From Thermoproteota archaeon (GTDB lineage Archaea > Korarchaeota > Korarchaeia > Korarchaeales > JAOZGB01): a DNA stretch of 64,000 nucleotides. This document shows positions 37,850-48,353 of this stretch, piece by piece. The notes under the pieces were generated by a model, which worked only from the letters and a program-made list of their open reading frames with translations, made no database searches and had not been told where the DNA came from. Positions within the stretch are counted from its first letter, which is position 1, and each line of letters starts with the position of its first letter. The DNA is taken from NCBI GenBank assembly GCA_037917685.1, contig JAVCBU010000012.1, positions 288,001 through 352,000 of the forward strand, given 5' to 3'. Position numbers and translations under genes: made by a program.

Positions 37850-38672
37850 TCTTATCCTCGAATATCATTCCTCTTATATTCAGAGAGGAAAACATTTGGT
37901 TAAAATATTCTTTATCTATAGGGCCTGTCATATCCAGTTTAATTGGAGTTATAGATATAGCCTTCTCCACCTCAAGCGAGTAAAGATCCGTACCTTTCTC
38001 AATATCTGTTGTAACAGTCCCTCCTAGCCAGTAGTATAACTTACCTTGAGGGTCTCTTCTTTCTATGATGTAATTTTCGAATTTCATCCTCGCAAGCCTT
38101 GTAACATGAATCTCCATATCCTTAGTGATTACCATTGGGAAGTTTACATTTAACAAATCTACCCCGGTAGGCAGCCCTTTATCCCCCACCCACTTCACAA
38201 TGTCCGCGGCTATCTTGGCGGCTTTATCAAAAAGCTTTGTATATTCAGATTCTCTTACAAAATAGTCGTGTGGAATTTTCATTGAGAAAGCTACGGAGGG
38301 AACCCCTAATAGTGATGCCTCAATCGCAGCAGCTACTGTTCCGCTGGTAAGGAGCGTGTCAATAGTTGTGTTATCTCCAGGGTTTATCCCAGAGACGACT
38401 ATATCCGGCTCCCGACTTAGAACCTTATGGAAAGCCATTTGAATAGCATCCCCTGGGGACCCTGAAACTATGTATGCAGTACCAAGGCCGGCGACATTCA
38501 TCCTATTAAGCCTTAATGGTTTGTGTAATGTCAGGCTTTTTCCCGTAGCGCTTCTCGGCTGTTCAGGAACTACAACAGACACTTCCGAAACTTCTTTAAG
38601 CTCTCTCCAGAGGCTTCTAAGCCCATGTGAGTATAAGCCATCATCATTCGTCAACAAAACTTTTAGCGGCAA
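37842..38672 (-). CDS. surE: 5'/3'-nucleotidase SurE
   Basis: LLTNDDG, VVSGINPG.N, SGTVAAAIEA, LNVNFP. Confidence 0.96.
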   Translation of the reverse strand: MPLKVLLTNDDGLYSHGLRSLWRELKEVSEVSVVVPEQPRSATGKSLTLHKPLRLNRMNVAGLGTAYIVSGSPGDAIQMAFHKVLSREPDIVVSGINPGDNTTIDTLLTSGTVAAAIEASLLGVPSVAFSMKIPHDYFVRESEYTKLFDKAAKIAADIVKWVGDKGLPTGVDLLNVNFPMVITKDMEIHVTRLARMKFENYIIERRDPQGKLYYWLGGTVTTDIEKGTDLYSLEVEKAISITPIKLDMTGPIDKEYFNQMFSSLNIRGMIFEDKNE

Positions 38673-38675
38673 CTT

Positions 38676-39104
38676 TCACACCCCATATACTATTACATCC
38701 ACTCTCCTGTTCCTAGGACCGTCAAGCTCGATAAAAAGAATAGATTGCCAAGTACCAAGCACTAACCTGCCATCGTAGAATGGAATGTTTATTGAAGGAT
38801 TTAATAAGCAGTTAAGGATATGGGCGTGCGCATTTTGCTCAGTAGGTACACTTCCATATTTCAAGTTGTGTCTGTACTTTGCATTTATTGGTACAAGCCT
38901 GGTTAAGGCTTCTAGAATATCATTCCATAAGTCAGGGTCCGGCTCATTTACAGCTATAGTAGCAGTCGTATGAGGTACAAAAAGAATAGTGAAACCATTT
39001 TTAAATCCAGACTCTCCTATTATCTGAGAAATCCTGCTTGTAATGTCTATAATCTGTAGTTTAGAAGTAGTCTTCAACCTGATTTTAGCTTTGTGCAGGT
39101 TCAC
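38676..39104 (-). CDS. YjbQ/UPF0047 family protein
   Basis: HTTA..NE, NAHAH, LGTWQSI..ELDGPR.R. Confidence 0.92.
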   Translation of the reverse strand: MNLHKAKIRLKTTSKLQIIDITSRISQIIGESGFKNGFTILFVPHTTATIAVNEPDPDLWNDILEALTRLVPINAKYRHNLKYGSVPTEQNAHAHILNCLLNPSINIPFYDGRLVLGTWQSILFIELDGPRNRRVDVIVYGV

Positions 39105-40899
39105 GCTTTTTCACCAGTTTAAAAGCAATAATTACCAATATTATAGCTACAAGAGTCAATGCTATAGATACTATAATATGTCTCTCAGACCTGTGAGAAC
39201 CTGCTACTACTTCTACTTGCCTACTGTTTTTCCTATCTATTCCAGGAACATAGTCATACGGGTCTACAATTATCTCTGTAGGTCTCGTGGCCAATGTAAT
39301 GTTGAATTCTATTCTAGAATCATTTACCCATACTGTTGATAGCTTCTCTCCAGACTCTGTTTTGATTAGTATCGGGACCAGATTAATATATCTGGAGTTC
39401 GACTGATAAATTGAGAAATGAAGCACATATTTGCCCTTTTCAGTAAGAGCATAGGCATCTTCGATCTTAAAAGCGGTATTTCCTGCATCGAAAAGCCATT
39501 CATTAAAGAACCATTGGAGGCTGGATCCATACACCTTTTGACAGGTGTCTATGAAGTCCTGGATTCTTATCAGCTTAAACTTTGACCTTTCAAAATGCAA
39601 CCTTAAGGCTTCGAAGAATTTTTCATCGCCCATAACAAATCTTAATAGTCTAAGTACACAGGCTCCCTTGTCGTATATCATCGTGTAATAGGCGTTGGTG
39701 TCATCTCCAAAGGACCAGACCGACTCTGACAATGGATACTCCTTCTTTCCAGAGTTAAGGTACCTATGATACGAGGAAAGAATGTATCTTTCAAACATCT
39801 CATCGGCTACTTCAGGACCATATTCCCATTCGTAATATAATATCTCGGAGTACTCTGCAAATGCTTCGTCAAGCCATGGTTCGTCATTTTCATCATTCCC
39901 CGCCATGCAGTACCACCATTGATGCGCAGTTTCATGAGCTACTACTAGCTCTAGGAAGTCGGCTGACTCTGCAGTGTACAGGGAGGAGGATATCATAACG
40001 AGATTTGGATACTCCATTCCGCCAAACCAACCATAGGTCTCAACAATTCTATACTCCGGGTAGGGGTACATCCCAAAATGTTCAGAAAAGTGTGTTAAAG
40101 CCTTGACACCCCACTCTAAAGCTTTAATGCCATATTCGCTGTGTTCAGGCAAATAGTAGGAGTAAACAGTAACATTTCCAACTGTTTGTTTGGAAACCTC
40201 GAAATTATTGCCGAAAACTATGACGAACTCCCTAACAGGATTAGCCCTCCATATAGTCGTCTTTAAGCCGTCAGTAATCATTTTATTTATTAGGACACCT
40301 GTTGCAGCTACAATATAGTTTAGGGGACATTTTACTGTAACCAGGTAAGATGCGAACTCGCTGTTAAAAGATTCCCCGTAGGGATAGTAGGGATCATTAT
40401 TCCACCCCACCTCGTCCTCGTAAACAGAGGCTATCGGTAAAGCATTGCCTAAGCAGTAGATTCCGGATTTATACCCGAATCTATCAGCAACGTTCGGAAT
40501 TTTAATTCTGAAATCTATGGTTACATTCACAGCATCTCCGGGTTTTAATGGTTTAGTAAGGATTGTTCTTAGAATCGTTTCATCTTCGCCTTCCACTGTA
40601 AATCTGAGACTATCACCTTCTGTATTTTTAACCTGTAAGATATCGATGTATCCTCCTTTAGACTTAAAGGCGTTAGGATAAATGTGAAAACACAGGTTAT
40701 TTAAGGATTTACTAGCATGGTTAACGTATCTCATATTCAATGTTCCTGTAACCGTTGCGTTAGCCGGCTCGAAGGATAAGGTAATGGTATAACTGTGCAT
40801 TTCTGAATTTTGGGCTGTGACATTAAAAGTTTCCGGGAAGTTTACCGTTGAAAGGACTAATATCAAGATAATTATTATGTTCCGCTTCATTTCCGGCAT
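39085..40899 (-). CDS. Membrane-anchored secreted M1 aminopeptidase
   Basis: Signal peptide, GGMEYP, HETAHQWW...WLDEAFAEY, YDKGA; C-terminal TM anchor. Confidence 0.92.
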   Translation of the reverse strand: MPEMKRNIIIILILVLSTVNFPETFNVTAQNSEMHSYTITLSFEPANATVTGTLNMRYVNHASKSLNNLCFHIYPNAFKSKGGYIDILQVKNTEGDSLRFTVEGEDETILRTILTKPLKPGDAVNVTIDFRIKIPNVADRFGYKSGIYCLGNALPIASVYEDEVGWNNDPYYPYGESFNSEFASYLVTVKCPLNYIVAATGVLINKMITDGLKTTIWRANPVREFVIVFGNNFEVSKQTVGNVTVYSYYLPEHSEYGIKALEWGVKALTHFSEHFGMYPYPEYRIVETYGWFGGMEYPNLVMISSSLYTAESADFLELVVAHETAHQWWYCMAGNDENDEPWLDEAFAEYSEILYYEWEYGPEVADEMFERYILSSYHRYLNSGKKEYPLSESVWSFGDDTNAYYTMIYDKGACVLRLLRFVMGDEKFFEALRLHFERSKFKLIRIQDFIDTCQKVYGSSLQWFFNEWLFDAGNTAFKIEDAYALTEKGKYVLHFSIYQSNSRYINLVPILIKTESGEKLSTVWVNDSRIEFNITLATRPTEIIVDPYDYVPGIDRKNSRQVEVVAGSHRSERHIIVSIALTLVAIILVIIAFKLVKKREPAQS

Positions 40900-40955
40900 T
40901 GTTATTTAGGAGGGATGGGTAATTTTAAACTGTTAGTGTTTCCCTATGTTATGGC

Positions 40956-41651
40956 GTGAACATAAAAGTTACTGTTGACATAAGAGATAAACATTTAATA
41001 TCTCTTTGTAAGAAAATTTTCGAAAATGTCGAGGTTAAACAGCTCGCAATAGGAGATCTCCACATATATAAGGATGAACATGTTATTTTATTAGAGAGAA
41101 AATCTATCAGAGATCTTTTCCAATCGATAGTTACTAATAGACTCTGGGACCAGCTTGCAAGGATGCTTGCAACAGATGAGATAAAAGGTTACACTGTTAG
41201 AAGAAGAATACTGATGATTCATGGTAGTTTAAAGAGTTTTGTCATGGAGAAAGCGTGGTGGGGAGGCAGAGACTCGTCAACACTTTGGGCTCAGCTTATG
41301 GGGGCGCTTCAAGAAATAGTTTTTGTCTACGAAACAGCTGTTTTTATAGCCGAAAATGATGATGCCGAGATACAGTTCATTAGAATTCTCGTTAAAAGGG
41401 AATCTGAGGGGAAAAATGATAAAATGCCTGAGCCTATATGGTTTAGAAGAAGCAAGCCAGCCATACCGTCAAAAGACGCAAAAATCTATCTTTTATCGTC
41501 GATCCCCCAGGTTGGAGATAAACTTGCTAGACAGCTTCTAGAACATTTCGGAACTATAGCGAGGATTGCTAACAGTAGGCCTGAGGAACTTATGAGAGTT
41601 CCCTTAGTGGGAGAGAAAAAGGCGAAAGTGATATATGAGATCTTTCATTAA
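40956..41651 (+). CDS. ERCC4/XPF-family structure-specific nuclease (short form with HhH2)
   Basis: VDIRD, GD, ERKS..DL; tandem HhH (IPQVGDKLA, VPLVGEKKA). Confidence 0.88.
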   Translation: MNIKVTVDIRDKHLISLCKKIFENVEVKQLAIGDLHIYKDEHVILLERKSIRDLFQSIVTNRLWDQLARMLATDEIKGYTVRRRILMIHGSLKSFVMEKAWWGGRDSSTLWAQLMGALQEIVFVYETAVFIAENDDAEIQFIRILVKRESEGKNDKMPEPIWFRRSKPAIPSKDAKIYLLSSIPQVGDKLARQLLEHFGTIARIANSRPEELMRVPLVGEKKAKVIYEIFH

Positions 41652-41695
41652 AGGTTTAAAATTAAACATGGGAACCACCTATGAAGTGAATAAAG

Positions 41696-42394
41696 ATGAT
41701 GCCTATCAGAGATGAGAATCCCAGCGGTATTACCCCTGTCGTAACCTACACAATAATTGCAATCAACGTAGCAGTGTTTTTCTGGCAACTTATCTACGGG
41801 CTTGAAAAATCTGTTTACGAACATGGTTTTATACCATATCTAGCTCAAGTTGATATTGAAGGCAGCTTTTACAGGTTTTTAACATCTATGTTCCTCCACG
41901 GAGGTTTTACACATATCTTCGGAAACATGCTTTACCTATACATATTTGGAGACAATGTTGAGGCTGCCTTCGGCAGGGTGGGATACAGCATTTTCTACCT
42001 TGCAAGTGGATTAGCGGCTAGCATCGCACATATGATGTTCAATCTAGGTTCAAGAATCCCTGCTGTCGGTGCTTCGGGAGCCATAAGCGGGGTTTTAGGG
42101 GTATATTTGGTGTTATACCCAAATGCAAACATCATAACCCTTGTATTCTATCCATACGGGTTTGCAGCGACATATAAGATCAGGAGCGTCTATTATTTGG
42201 GTTTCTGGTTTATATATCAACTTATCCCCGCATTTCTGGGTGAAACAACCGGAGTAGCGTACTGGGCGCACATAGGAGGCTTCGTTCTCGGGGTTCTCGT
42301 CGCCTTACCGTTGAGAAGCAAGCTTAGGAGGAGACGCAGACATGTTATGCCTGTACCATGGTATGAGGAGTGGAGATACGAAGTCTACGTATAG
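41696..42394 (+). CDS. Rhomboid intramembrane serine protease
   Basis: FLHGG..HI.GNM, VGASGAISG, AHIGGF. Confidence 0.95.
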   Translation: MMPIRDENPSGITPVVTYTIIAINVAVFFWQLIYGLEKSVYEHGFIPYLAQVDIEGSFYRFLTSMFLHGGFTHIFGNMLYLYIFGDNVEAAFGRVGYSIFYLASGLAASIAHMMFNLGSRIPAVGASGAISGVLGVYLVLYPNANIITLVFYPYGFAATYKIRSVYYLGFWFIYQLIPAFLGETTGVAYWAHIGGFVLGVLVALPLRSKLRRRRRHVMPVPWYEEWRYEVYV

Positions 42395-42397
42395 GAG

Positions 42398-43078
42398 TTG
42401 CCTATGTACCGTGCTATCAGCTTCGACGTAGACGGAACGATTACAGACGAAAAATTACACCTTAACCTCGAAGCTGTGGAGCTTATCAGAAAGCTTGTCT
42501 CTAAAGGCGTAATTATGATTATAAACACTGGGAACGCAACTCCTATTGCCTACTGCCTTGCCAGATATATAGGCTGCAACGGCCCTGTTATTGCTGAGAA
42601 CGGGGGTGTGATAGTTTATAAAGGGTTAGTCCGAATACTTGCTGACAGGAGTCGAGTATTGGACTCCTACGCTGCTCTTAAGAGAATGTTCCCGAACAAG
42701 GTAAAAGAGACCATCACAAACAGGTTTAGACTTGCAGACGTATCCATCAAGACAGATATACCAGTCGAATTAATAGCTAGCTTTCTAAGAGGCACCGGCG
42801 TGGTTGTTTACAATAGTGGGTTTGCGGTTCATTTGATGGATGGAAGATGGGATAAGGGTAAAGCTTTGAGGCTTGCTCTCGAATTTGTAGGTGTCAAGAG
42901 GGAGGAAACAGTTTCGATAGGAGACTCGTTGCTTGATATGGAGATGTTTAAGGCTTCCGGATTTTCCATCGCCCTCGCTAATGCACCAGAAAGATTAAGG
43001 AGCATCGCTGATATGATTGTTGATACCCCAGGGGGCGCCGGCTTCTGTAAGGCTTTAAGATCCCTATTCGGAATTTAA
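42398..43078 (+). CDS. Phosphoglycolate phosphatase (archaeal SPP-like HAD IIB)
   Basis: FDVDGTIT, TGN, AENGG, DKG, IGDS..D. Confidence 0.88.
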   Translation: MPMYRAISFDVDGTITDEKLHLNLEAVELIRKLVSKGVIMIINTGNATPIAYCLARYIGCNGPVIAENGGVIVYKGLVRILADRSRVLDSYAALKRMFPNKVKETITNRFRLADVSIKTDIPVELIASFLRGTGVVVYNSGFAVHLMDGRWDKGKALRLALEFVGVKREETVSIGDSLLDMEMFKASGFSIALANAPERLRSIADMIVDTPGGAGFCKALRSLFGI

Positions 43079-43596
43079 CCATTCTTTCCCAATGCTCTAA
43101 TAAGTTCACGGCAGAAGTATGGTAGATCTTCTGGTTTTCTAGATGAGATTAAGTTTTTATCCACCACTACCGGCTGGTCTATGTAACTCGCGCCCGCTAG
43201 CATTACATCATCCTTTATTGCTGGGTGGCAGGTTATCCTTCTACCCTTTAATACTCCGGCTGAGATCAAAACCTGCGGACCATGGCATATGGTGGCCACA
43301 GTTTTGCCAGCAGCCATGAGATTTCTGGTTATCCTAAGGGTTGACATGTCAAGCCTGAGTTTTTCCGGAGACCTACCACCTGGTATAATTAAAGCCTCGT
43401 ATTTCTCGAACTCTACATTCTTAGTAGGTATTTGAGGCATAACGGTATAGCCATGTTTTCCGGATACTACTTTTATCTCGGTTGAGGCAACATCAACAGT
43501 GAAGCCTTCTTCGATAAGTCTGAAATATGGTACGAAGTATTCTATATCTTCAAAGTCTTCTTCGAGAAGTATAAGGATTCTTCTGGTAGATCCCAT
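43075..43596 (-). CDS. pfpI: PfpI/DJ-1 family protease/deglycase
   Basis: FEDIE, IPGGRSPEKLR, ICHGP, SRKPEDL. Confidence 0.92.
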   Translation of the reverse strand: MGSTRRILILLEEDFEDIEYFVPYFRLIEEGFTVDVASTEIKVVSGKHGYTVMPQIPTKNVEFEKYEALIIPGGRSPEKLRLDMSTLRITRNLMAAGKTVATICHGPQVLISAGVLKGRRITCHPAIKDDVMLAGASYIDQPVVVDKNLISSRKPEDLPYFCRELIRALGKNG

Positions 43597-43650
43597 CAGT
43601 TATGAGATATTTGAGGAATATTTATTATCGTTTAGATAGAATTAATAATT

Positions 43651-45147
43651 GTGAAAATCAGGGTTCTAATTCTAATAGGAATATTTGTTTGGGCTTTGAT
43701 ACCACTTATTAGAACCTCTAGATGCCAGCTTATATCATGGACTGTTTTACGGGCAAACGTTTACGATGAAACCGATGAATATTGGGTTTTAGGGGAGCAA
43801 AACGATTTGGTACTCTACTTCACAAACTATATTTTCAAAGCAGCTGTGAGAATCTACCTCAATGTGTCGATACATGAAAGTGGATACAATTTCGTGGAGG
43901 TTAGGTTTAACAACAAGGTTGAGGCCTCGCTTAAGGTTGAAGGTCAAACAACTGAGTATTGCATAGATGTTCCTATTGAACATGTAAATAAAGGGAGTAA
44001 TTACGTTCAGTTTCTAACAACCAGGGGAGATGTGAAGGTGAGAATATATAAGACGATACTAATGGGTTATCTTCCTGATCCTGATATTACTACTGTCGAG
44101 TATCCAGCTAAAGTTGAGTATGACGAAGAATTTGTCATTAGAATCGAGGCTATAAATAAGGGAGGCGCCGCTTACGGAATGCTAGAAGTTTCATTCCCCT
44201 ACCTGGGGGTTGAAATAATAGACTATAAATCTTCTATGAATACTAGGTTTTACGAGCCTGGCCACAGCTACTGGGGACCCGAGAAGCTTATGGCATGCTA
44301 CGGGACTGAGGAGGCCACGTTGAGATATCCTATCATAGTGGCTGTCGGGTATTTAAGCAATCAGAGATCCTGCTACCTTGAAGTTAGGCTTCGAATGAAA
44401 AATTGGGGGAGTATCAGGTTTTACACTAAGTTCAAATGCGCCGACTTCAGAGGATACTTTTCACCCGAGCTTAGCGACCCAGAATATAGCAGTGTAAGGG
44501 ATCAACTTAACGAGTACGTTTACTCCTACACCATATCAACATCTGAAATCCAGCCTTCCGGAACGCCACAGCCATCCTATAATGTTATACTGAAATGTGA
44601 AGTTCCCAGCAATTTGCAAGTTAACTCAACATCTTACGCTATACTTACGGTAAAAAACCCTTTTGCAAATCCAGAAACATTTAAGATTGTTCTGAAATCC
44701 TTCAAAAAATCGGATGTTAAGGGAACCTCCGCAACGGTAAGCCTAAACAGTTTTGAAACCAAAACTGTTAACATGAGTTTTACGCCACTTGTAGATGGCT
44801 ATATCACTTTAACATTCCATGTTTACAGGGGGATGAGTAAAATCCAGACGTATCACAAACCAATAAATGTGAAACCAGCCAAGAGCCAAGGTGTGGGTAA
44901 CGCCACGGGGGGAGAAACCGGCAATCAAACCATACCTGGAGGTAATCAGACGGTGCAACAGGGAAATGTTAGTAGCAACAATGTTACCGGTCCGCCCCCA
45001 CCAGTTAACTCTACCACCCCCTATACGACCCCACCCCAGACCCCTGTTGAAACGCCTAGAGAGATCGTCCTTCTAAGGTGGCTTCTCTTAATACTGGTAG
45101 TACTACTTATGGCTACACTGATAGTTTTATTTAGGAGAAGGAGCTAG
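43651..45147 (+). CDS. Secreted membrane-anchored (glyco)protein of unknown function
   Basis: Signal peptide, beta-rich domains, Gly/Asn/Pro/Thr linker with several NxS/T sequons, C-terminal TM + RRRS. Confidence 0.75.
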   Translation: MKIRVLILIGIFVWALIPLIRTSRCQLISWTVLRANVYDETDEYWVLGEQNDLVLYFTNYIFKAAVRIYLNVSIHESGYNFVEVRFNNKVEASLKVEGQTTEYCIDVPIEHVNKGSNYVQFLTTRGDVKVRIYKTILMGYLPDPDITTVEYPAKVEYDEEFVIRIEAINKGGAAYGMLEVSFPYLGVEIIDYKSSMNTRFYEPGHSYWGPEKLMACYGTEEATLRYPIIVAVGYLSNQRSCYLEVRLRMKNWGSIRFYTKFKCADFRGYFSPELSDPEYSSVRDQLNEYVYSYTISTSEIQPSGTPQPSYNVILKCEVPSNLQVNSTSYAILTVKNPFANPETFKIVLKSFKKSDVKGTSATVSLNSFETKTVNMSFTPLVDGYITLTFHVYRGMSKIQTYHKPINVKPAKSQGVGNATGGETGNQTIPGGNQTVQQGNVSSNNVTGPPPPVNSTTPYTTPPQTPVETPREIVLLRWLLLILVVLLMATLIVLFRRRS

Positions 45148-46376
45148 CATACTTTGTACTTACCAACGGCTAGATCCATACAGAACTTATCAATTGTGGA
45201 AAGTTCCTTCTCCACTATATCCTTTATTAGCGGGCTTATACCTTTTACATTCACACTTTTCATTGGTACTATCTCAACAGCTGCTAGCTTAGGCTTATTA
45301 ATAGGCACGCCTATCTGACTTAGCAGCCATACGTAGACTTCTTTTACTCCAGACACATTTTTGTATATTTCATCAGCTATTCTAAACGTTAGTATGTTAT
45401 ATATTTTCCCTACGTGACTCACAGGGTTCTTCCCCGCTGCTGCCTCAGATCCCGTAGGCCTGTTCAAAGGTATAACGCCATTTACCATGTTTCCTCTACC
45501 CACCTGGCCACTATCTCCATCCTCAGCTGAAGTGCCAGTAACGGTTAGGTAGAGCCCGCTTATCCCCCTTCCCTTTTCGTCCAATGTGTTAAGGCTGAAT
45601 TCTATTTCAGCATCCCATTCCTCTGCCGCCTTAAACTCTTTAATGTAGTTTTCTATCTCACTTACAACTTCCCCCTTCCTCTTAAAGTATGAATCCTCAT
45701 TCGGAATGTATCGGTCTATCAAAGGCATAGCAATAGTTAAAGTGACTTTTTCCTTAATCCTGCTACACATTATTTTTATATCTTCACCTGTCTCAGGATA
45801 CTGTTTCTTAAATTGAGGACTATTAAGCCAGTTCTCAAGGTTAAAGACAAGTTTTTCCGATTTACTCATTGGGGCATATCCTACTGATGCTGAAGTATCG
45901 TTAGCCCCAAGGATTTCGGATGGACCCCTCTTGAATATGTCTACAAGGGCTGCCGCCCCCTCCTTTATTTCAACCTGGTATTTAACATGCTTTTCCGGAT
46001 CCACAAATCTCAGGTTCTCCCTAATCCATTTCTTTGCGGAGCTTACTGCTATTTCCCCAACCGGTATTTCGTCACCGTTGACTTTGAATGTAGCTCTATC
46101 CCCGAATACTATCAGCATAGGCTGAACTATTTCTCCTCCGCCGAAGCTCACTTTGGCCTTTCCGGCCGCAAGGAGGCCTTTATCGATATTGTGGTGAAAT
46201 ATCCTGCCGTATCTCTTCAGGTATTCTTTTGACAGTTCTATTGAGACTCTATCCATTATTGAGTCACATATGGTGTCAGGATGCCCTTTCCCCTTCCTTT
46301 CAACTATTTCGACAGGCTGTTCGTCCATTGGTAGATTTGCCGCTCTCTTTACAACAATCTCCCCCATCGTAATCAC
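45144..46376 (-). CDS. mat: Archaeal S-adenosylmethionine synthetase
   Basis: VERKGKGHPDTICD, ANDTS, GEDIK, GDSGQVGRGN, GKNPVSHVGKIY. Confidence 0.96.
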   Translation of the reverse strand: MITMGEIVVKRAANLPMDEQPVEIVERKGKGHPDTICDSIMDRVSIELSKEYLKRYGRIFHHNIDKGLLAAGKAKVSFGGGEIVQPMLIVFGDRATFKVNGDEIPVGEIAVSSAKKWIRENLRFVDPEKHVKYQVEIKEGAAALVDIFKRGPSEILGANDTSASVGYAPMSKSEKLVFNLENWLNSPQFKKQYPETGEDIKIMCSRIKEKVTLTIAMPLIDRYIPNEDSYFKRKGEVVSEIENYIKEFKAAEEWDAEIEFSLNTLDEKGRGISGLYLTVTGTSAEDGDSGQVGRGNMVNGVIPLNRPTGSEAAAGKNPVSHVGKIYNILTFRIADEIYKNVSGVKEVYVWLLSQIGVPINKPKLAAVEIVPMKSVNVKGISPLIKDIVEKELSTIDKFCMDLAVGKYKVC

Positions 46377-46476
46377 ACTCTGCTTACATCCGGAGTTTAG
46401 TGTTTGAAAAATATAATAATCATCATCTATTTAACCGGATGAAAAGGATTAAACCTTTAACCGTAGAATTCTGAAT

Positions 46477-47922
46477 TTGATGGATACAGACCTAAGGATA
46501 TATGAACACCCCATCCTACATTTTGCAAGAGGGAAAACCGTTTTTTTCACCTTTAATAATATGAAAATAAAAGGATACGATGGAGAATCAATAGCTGCAG
46601 CGCTCTTAGCGGCTGGAATCAGAGTTTTCAGGAGAAGCATGAAGCTTAAGAGACCAAGAGGATTCTACTGTGGAATAGGGAAGTGTTCCTCTTGTCTAAT
46701 GCGTGTAGATGGCATCCCAAACGTTAGAACATGTATTGAGCCCGTAAGGGAGGGGATAACAGTCGAAACACAAACATGGGAACCAGATCTGCCTAGCAAG
46801 ACAGAATTTGATATTGAACGTGAGAAGGTTGATGTCGACATAGCTGTAGTAGGAGGAGGTCCAGCAGGCTTAGAGGCGGCCATTACGGCATCAAAGCTAG
46901 GTGCTTCAGTGGCTATAATAGATGAGAACTATAAGGCTGGCGGCCAGCTTATAAAGCAAACACACAAGTTCTTTGGATCTGCAGAGGCATACGCCGGAGT
47001 CAGAGGTATAAATATAGCTAAGAAGCTTCTATTAGAACTCAGAAAGACTAAGGTACATTGGATAACGGGAAGTAGTGTATTCGCTCATTACCCCGGCTCG
47101 AGCGAAAGTTTACTAGCTTATGGAGGTGGACGTTACTATAAGATTAGGGCCAAGAAAGTGGTATACTCCACCGGTGCTATGGAAAACATGCTATTATTTC
47201 CTAACAATGATCTTCCAGGCGTTTATGGAGCAGGGGGTGTCCAGACAATAATGAACGTATACGGTGTTAAACCGGGCAATGACGCCCTTATAGTAGGGGC
47301 TGGAAATGTCGGTTTAATCCTGGGATATCAGCTTCTTCAGGCTGGAGTCAGGGTTAGAGCTGTTGTAGAGATAATGCCAAAAATCGGTGGATACAAAGTA
47401 CACGCAAACAAGCTTATGAGGCAGGGTGTTCCAATATTAACATCTCACACGATTAAGGAGGTACATGGGAAGGAGTGGGTTGAAGGTGCCACCATTGTTG
47501 AGGTAGATAGCAACTTTAACATGATAAAGGGCAGCGAGAGAAGACTTGACGTTGACCTAGTATGTATAGCTGTTGGATTATCCCCTTCAATCGAGCTTCC
47601 CGCACAGGCCGGGGCAAAAACAGCCTATATTCCAGAGCTTGGTGGATTCGTCCCTATACATGATAGATTTCTAAGGACAAGCCTTGAAAACGTGTATGTT
47701 GCTGGAGACGCCTCTGGAATAGAGGAAGCTACCACAGCAATGTTTGAAGGGAGGATAGCTGGTGCAGAGGCGTCAGCAAGCCTAGGATATGATGCCCAGA
47801 GTGCAAAAACTATAGTAGATGATACAATACACCAGCTTGAAATGTTCAGGAAAAGCCCGTTTAGTAGTAGAGTGGTTAGAGGAAAAATGAAGATTTATAG
47901 AATGATGGGTGATCTTGCATGA
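46477..47922 (+). CDS. pdhA: Dye-linked L-proline dehydrogenase (PDH2)/sarcosine oxidase-like alpha subunit
   Basis: 2Fe-2S motif CGIGKCSSC...C, GGGPAG, GGQLIKQTHKFFG, NNDLPGV, AGDASGIEEA. Confidence 0.85.
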   Translation: MMDTDLRIYEHPILHFARGKTVFFTFNNMKIKGYDGESIAAALLAAGIRVFRRSMKLKRPRGFYCGIGKCSSCLMRVDGIPNVRTCIEPVREGITVETQTWEPDLPSKTEFDIEREKVDVDIAVVGGGPAGLEAAITASKLGASVAIIDENYKAGGQLIKQTHKFFGSAEAYAGVRGINIAKKLLLELRKTKVHWITGSSVFAHYPGSSESLLAYGGGRYYKIRAKKVVYSTGAMENMLLFPNNDLPGVYGAGGVQTIMNVYGVKPGNDALIVGAGNVGLILGYQLLQAGVRVRAVVEIMPKIGGYKVHANKLMRQGVPILTSHTIKEVHGKEWVEGATIVEVDSNFNMIKGSERRLDVDLVCIAVGLSPSIELPAQAGAKTAYIPELGGFVPIHDRFLRTSLENVYVAGDASGIEEATTAMFEGRIAGAEASASLGYDAQSAKTIVDDTIHQLEMFRKSPFSSRVVRGKMKIYRMMGDLA

Positions 47923-48353
47923 ATGAGTTCATTTTGGCAGCATCCAAGGGACCTAAAGCTCTCATAGAGTGTGATGAAAGCATCCCGTGCGACCCATGTG
48001 TACATGCCTGCCCGGTAAATGCCATAGAGAAGGATAGTCTAGTATCCCCTCCTAGAGTCTTGCTTGAAAAATGCACCGGCTGCTCACTATGTGTAGGGGT
48101 ATGCCCTGGCCTAGCTATCTTTGTGGTTGACTTGTCTGGAGATAAAGGAAAGATCACACTACCCTACGAGTTCCTGCCGGTACCTGAAAAAGACGAAATC
48201 GTGGAGGTTCTAAACTCTCAAGGTAGGAAGCTTGGAATGGGGAAAGTCTTAAGGATTACGGCTGGACGTGAAAAAACTATGTTAGTCACTGTTGAGGTAG
48301 ATAAACGGTACACCCTGAAAGTTAGGAACATTAGGGTGTTGAAAAATGAGTGA
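47919..48353 (+). CDS. pdhF: PDH2-type ferredoxin (gamma) subunit
   Basis: ECDESIPCDPCVHACP, CTGCSLCVGVCPGLAIF, LPYEFLP. Confidence 0.82.
   Translation: MNEFILAASKGPKALIECDESIPCDPCVHACPVNAIEKDSLVSPPRVLLEKCTGCSLCVGVCPGLAIFVVDLSGDKGKITLPYEFLPVPEKDEIVEVLNSQGRKLGMGKVLRITAGREKTMLVTVEVDKRYTLKVRNIRVLKNE

Noticed and set aside
46387-46441. CATCCGG...CCGGATG inverted repeat in the mat/pdhA divergent promoter
   Set aside because: Only 7-bp arms about 40 bp apart with no further support.
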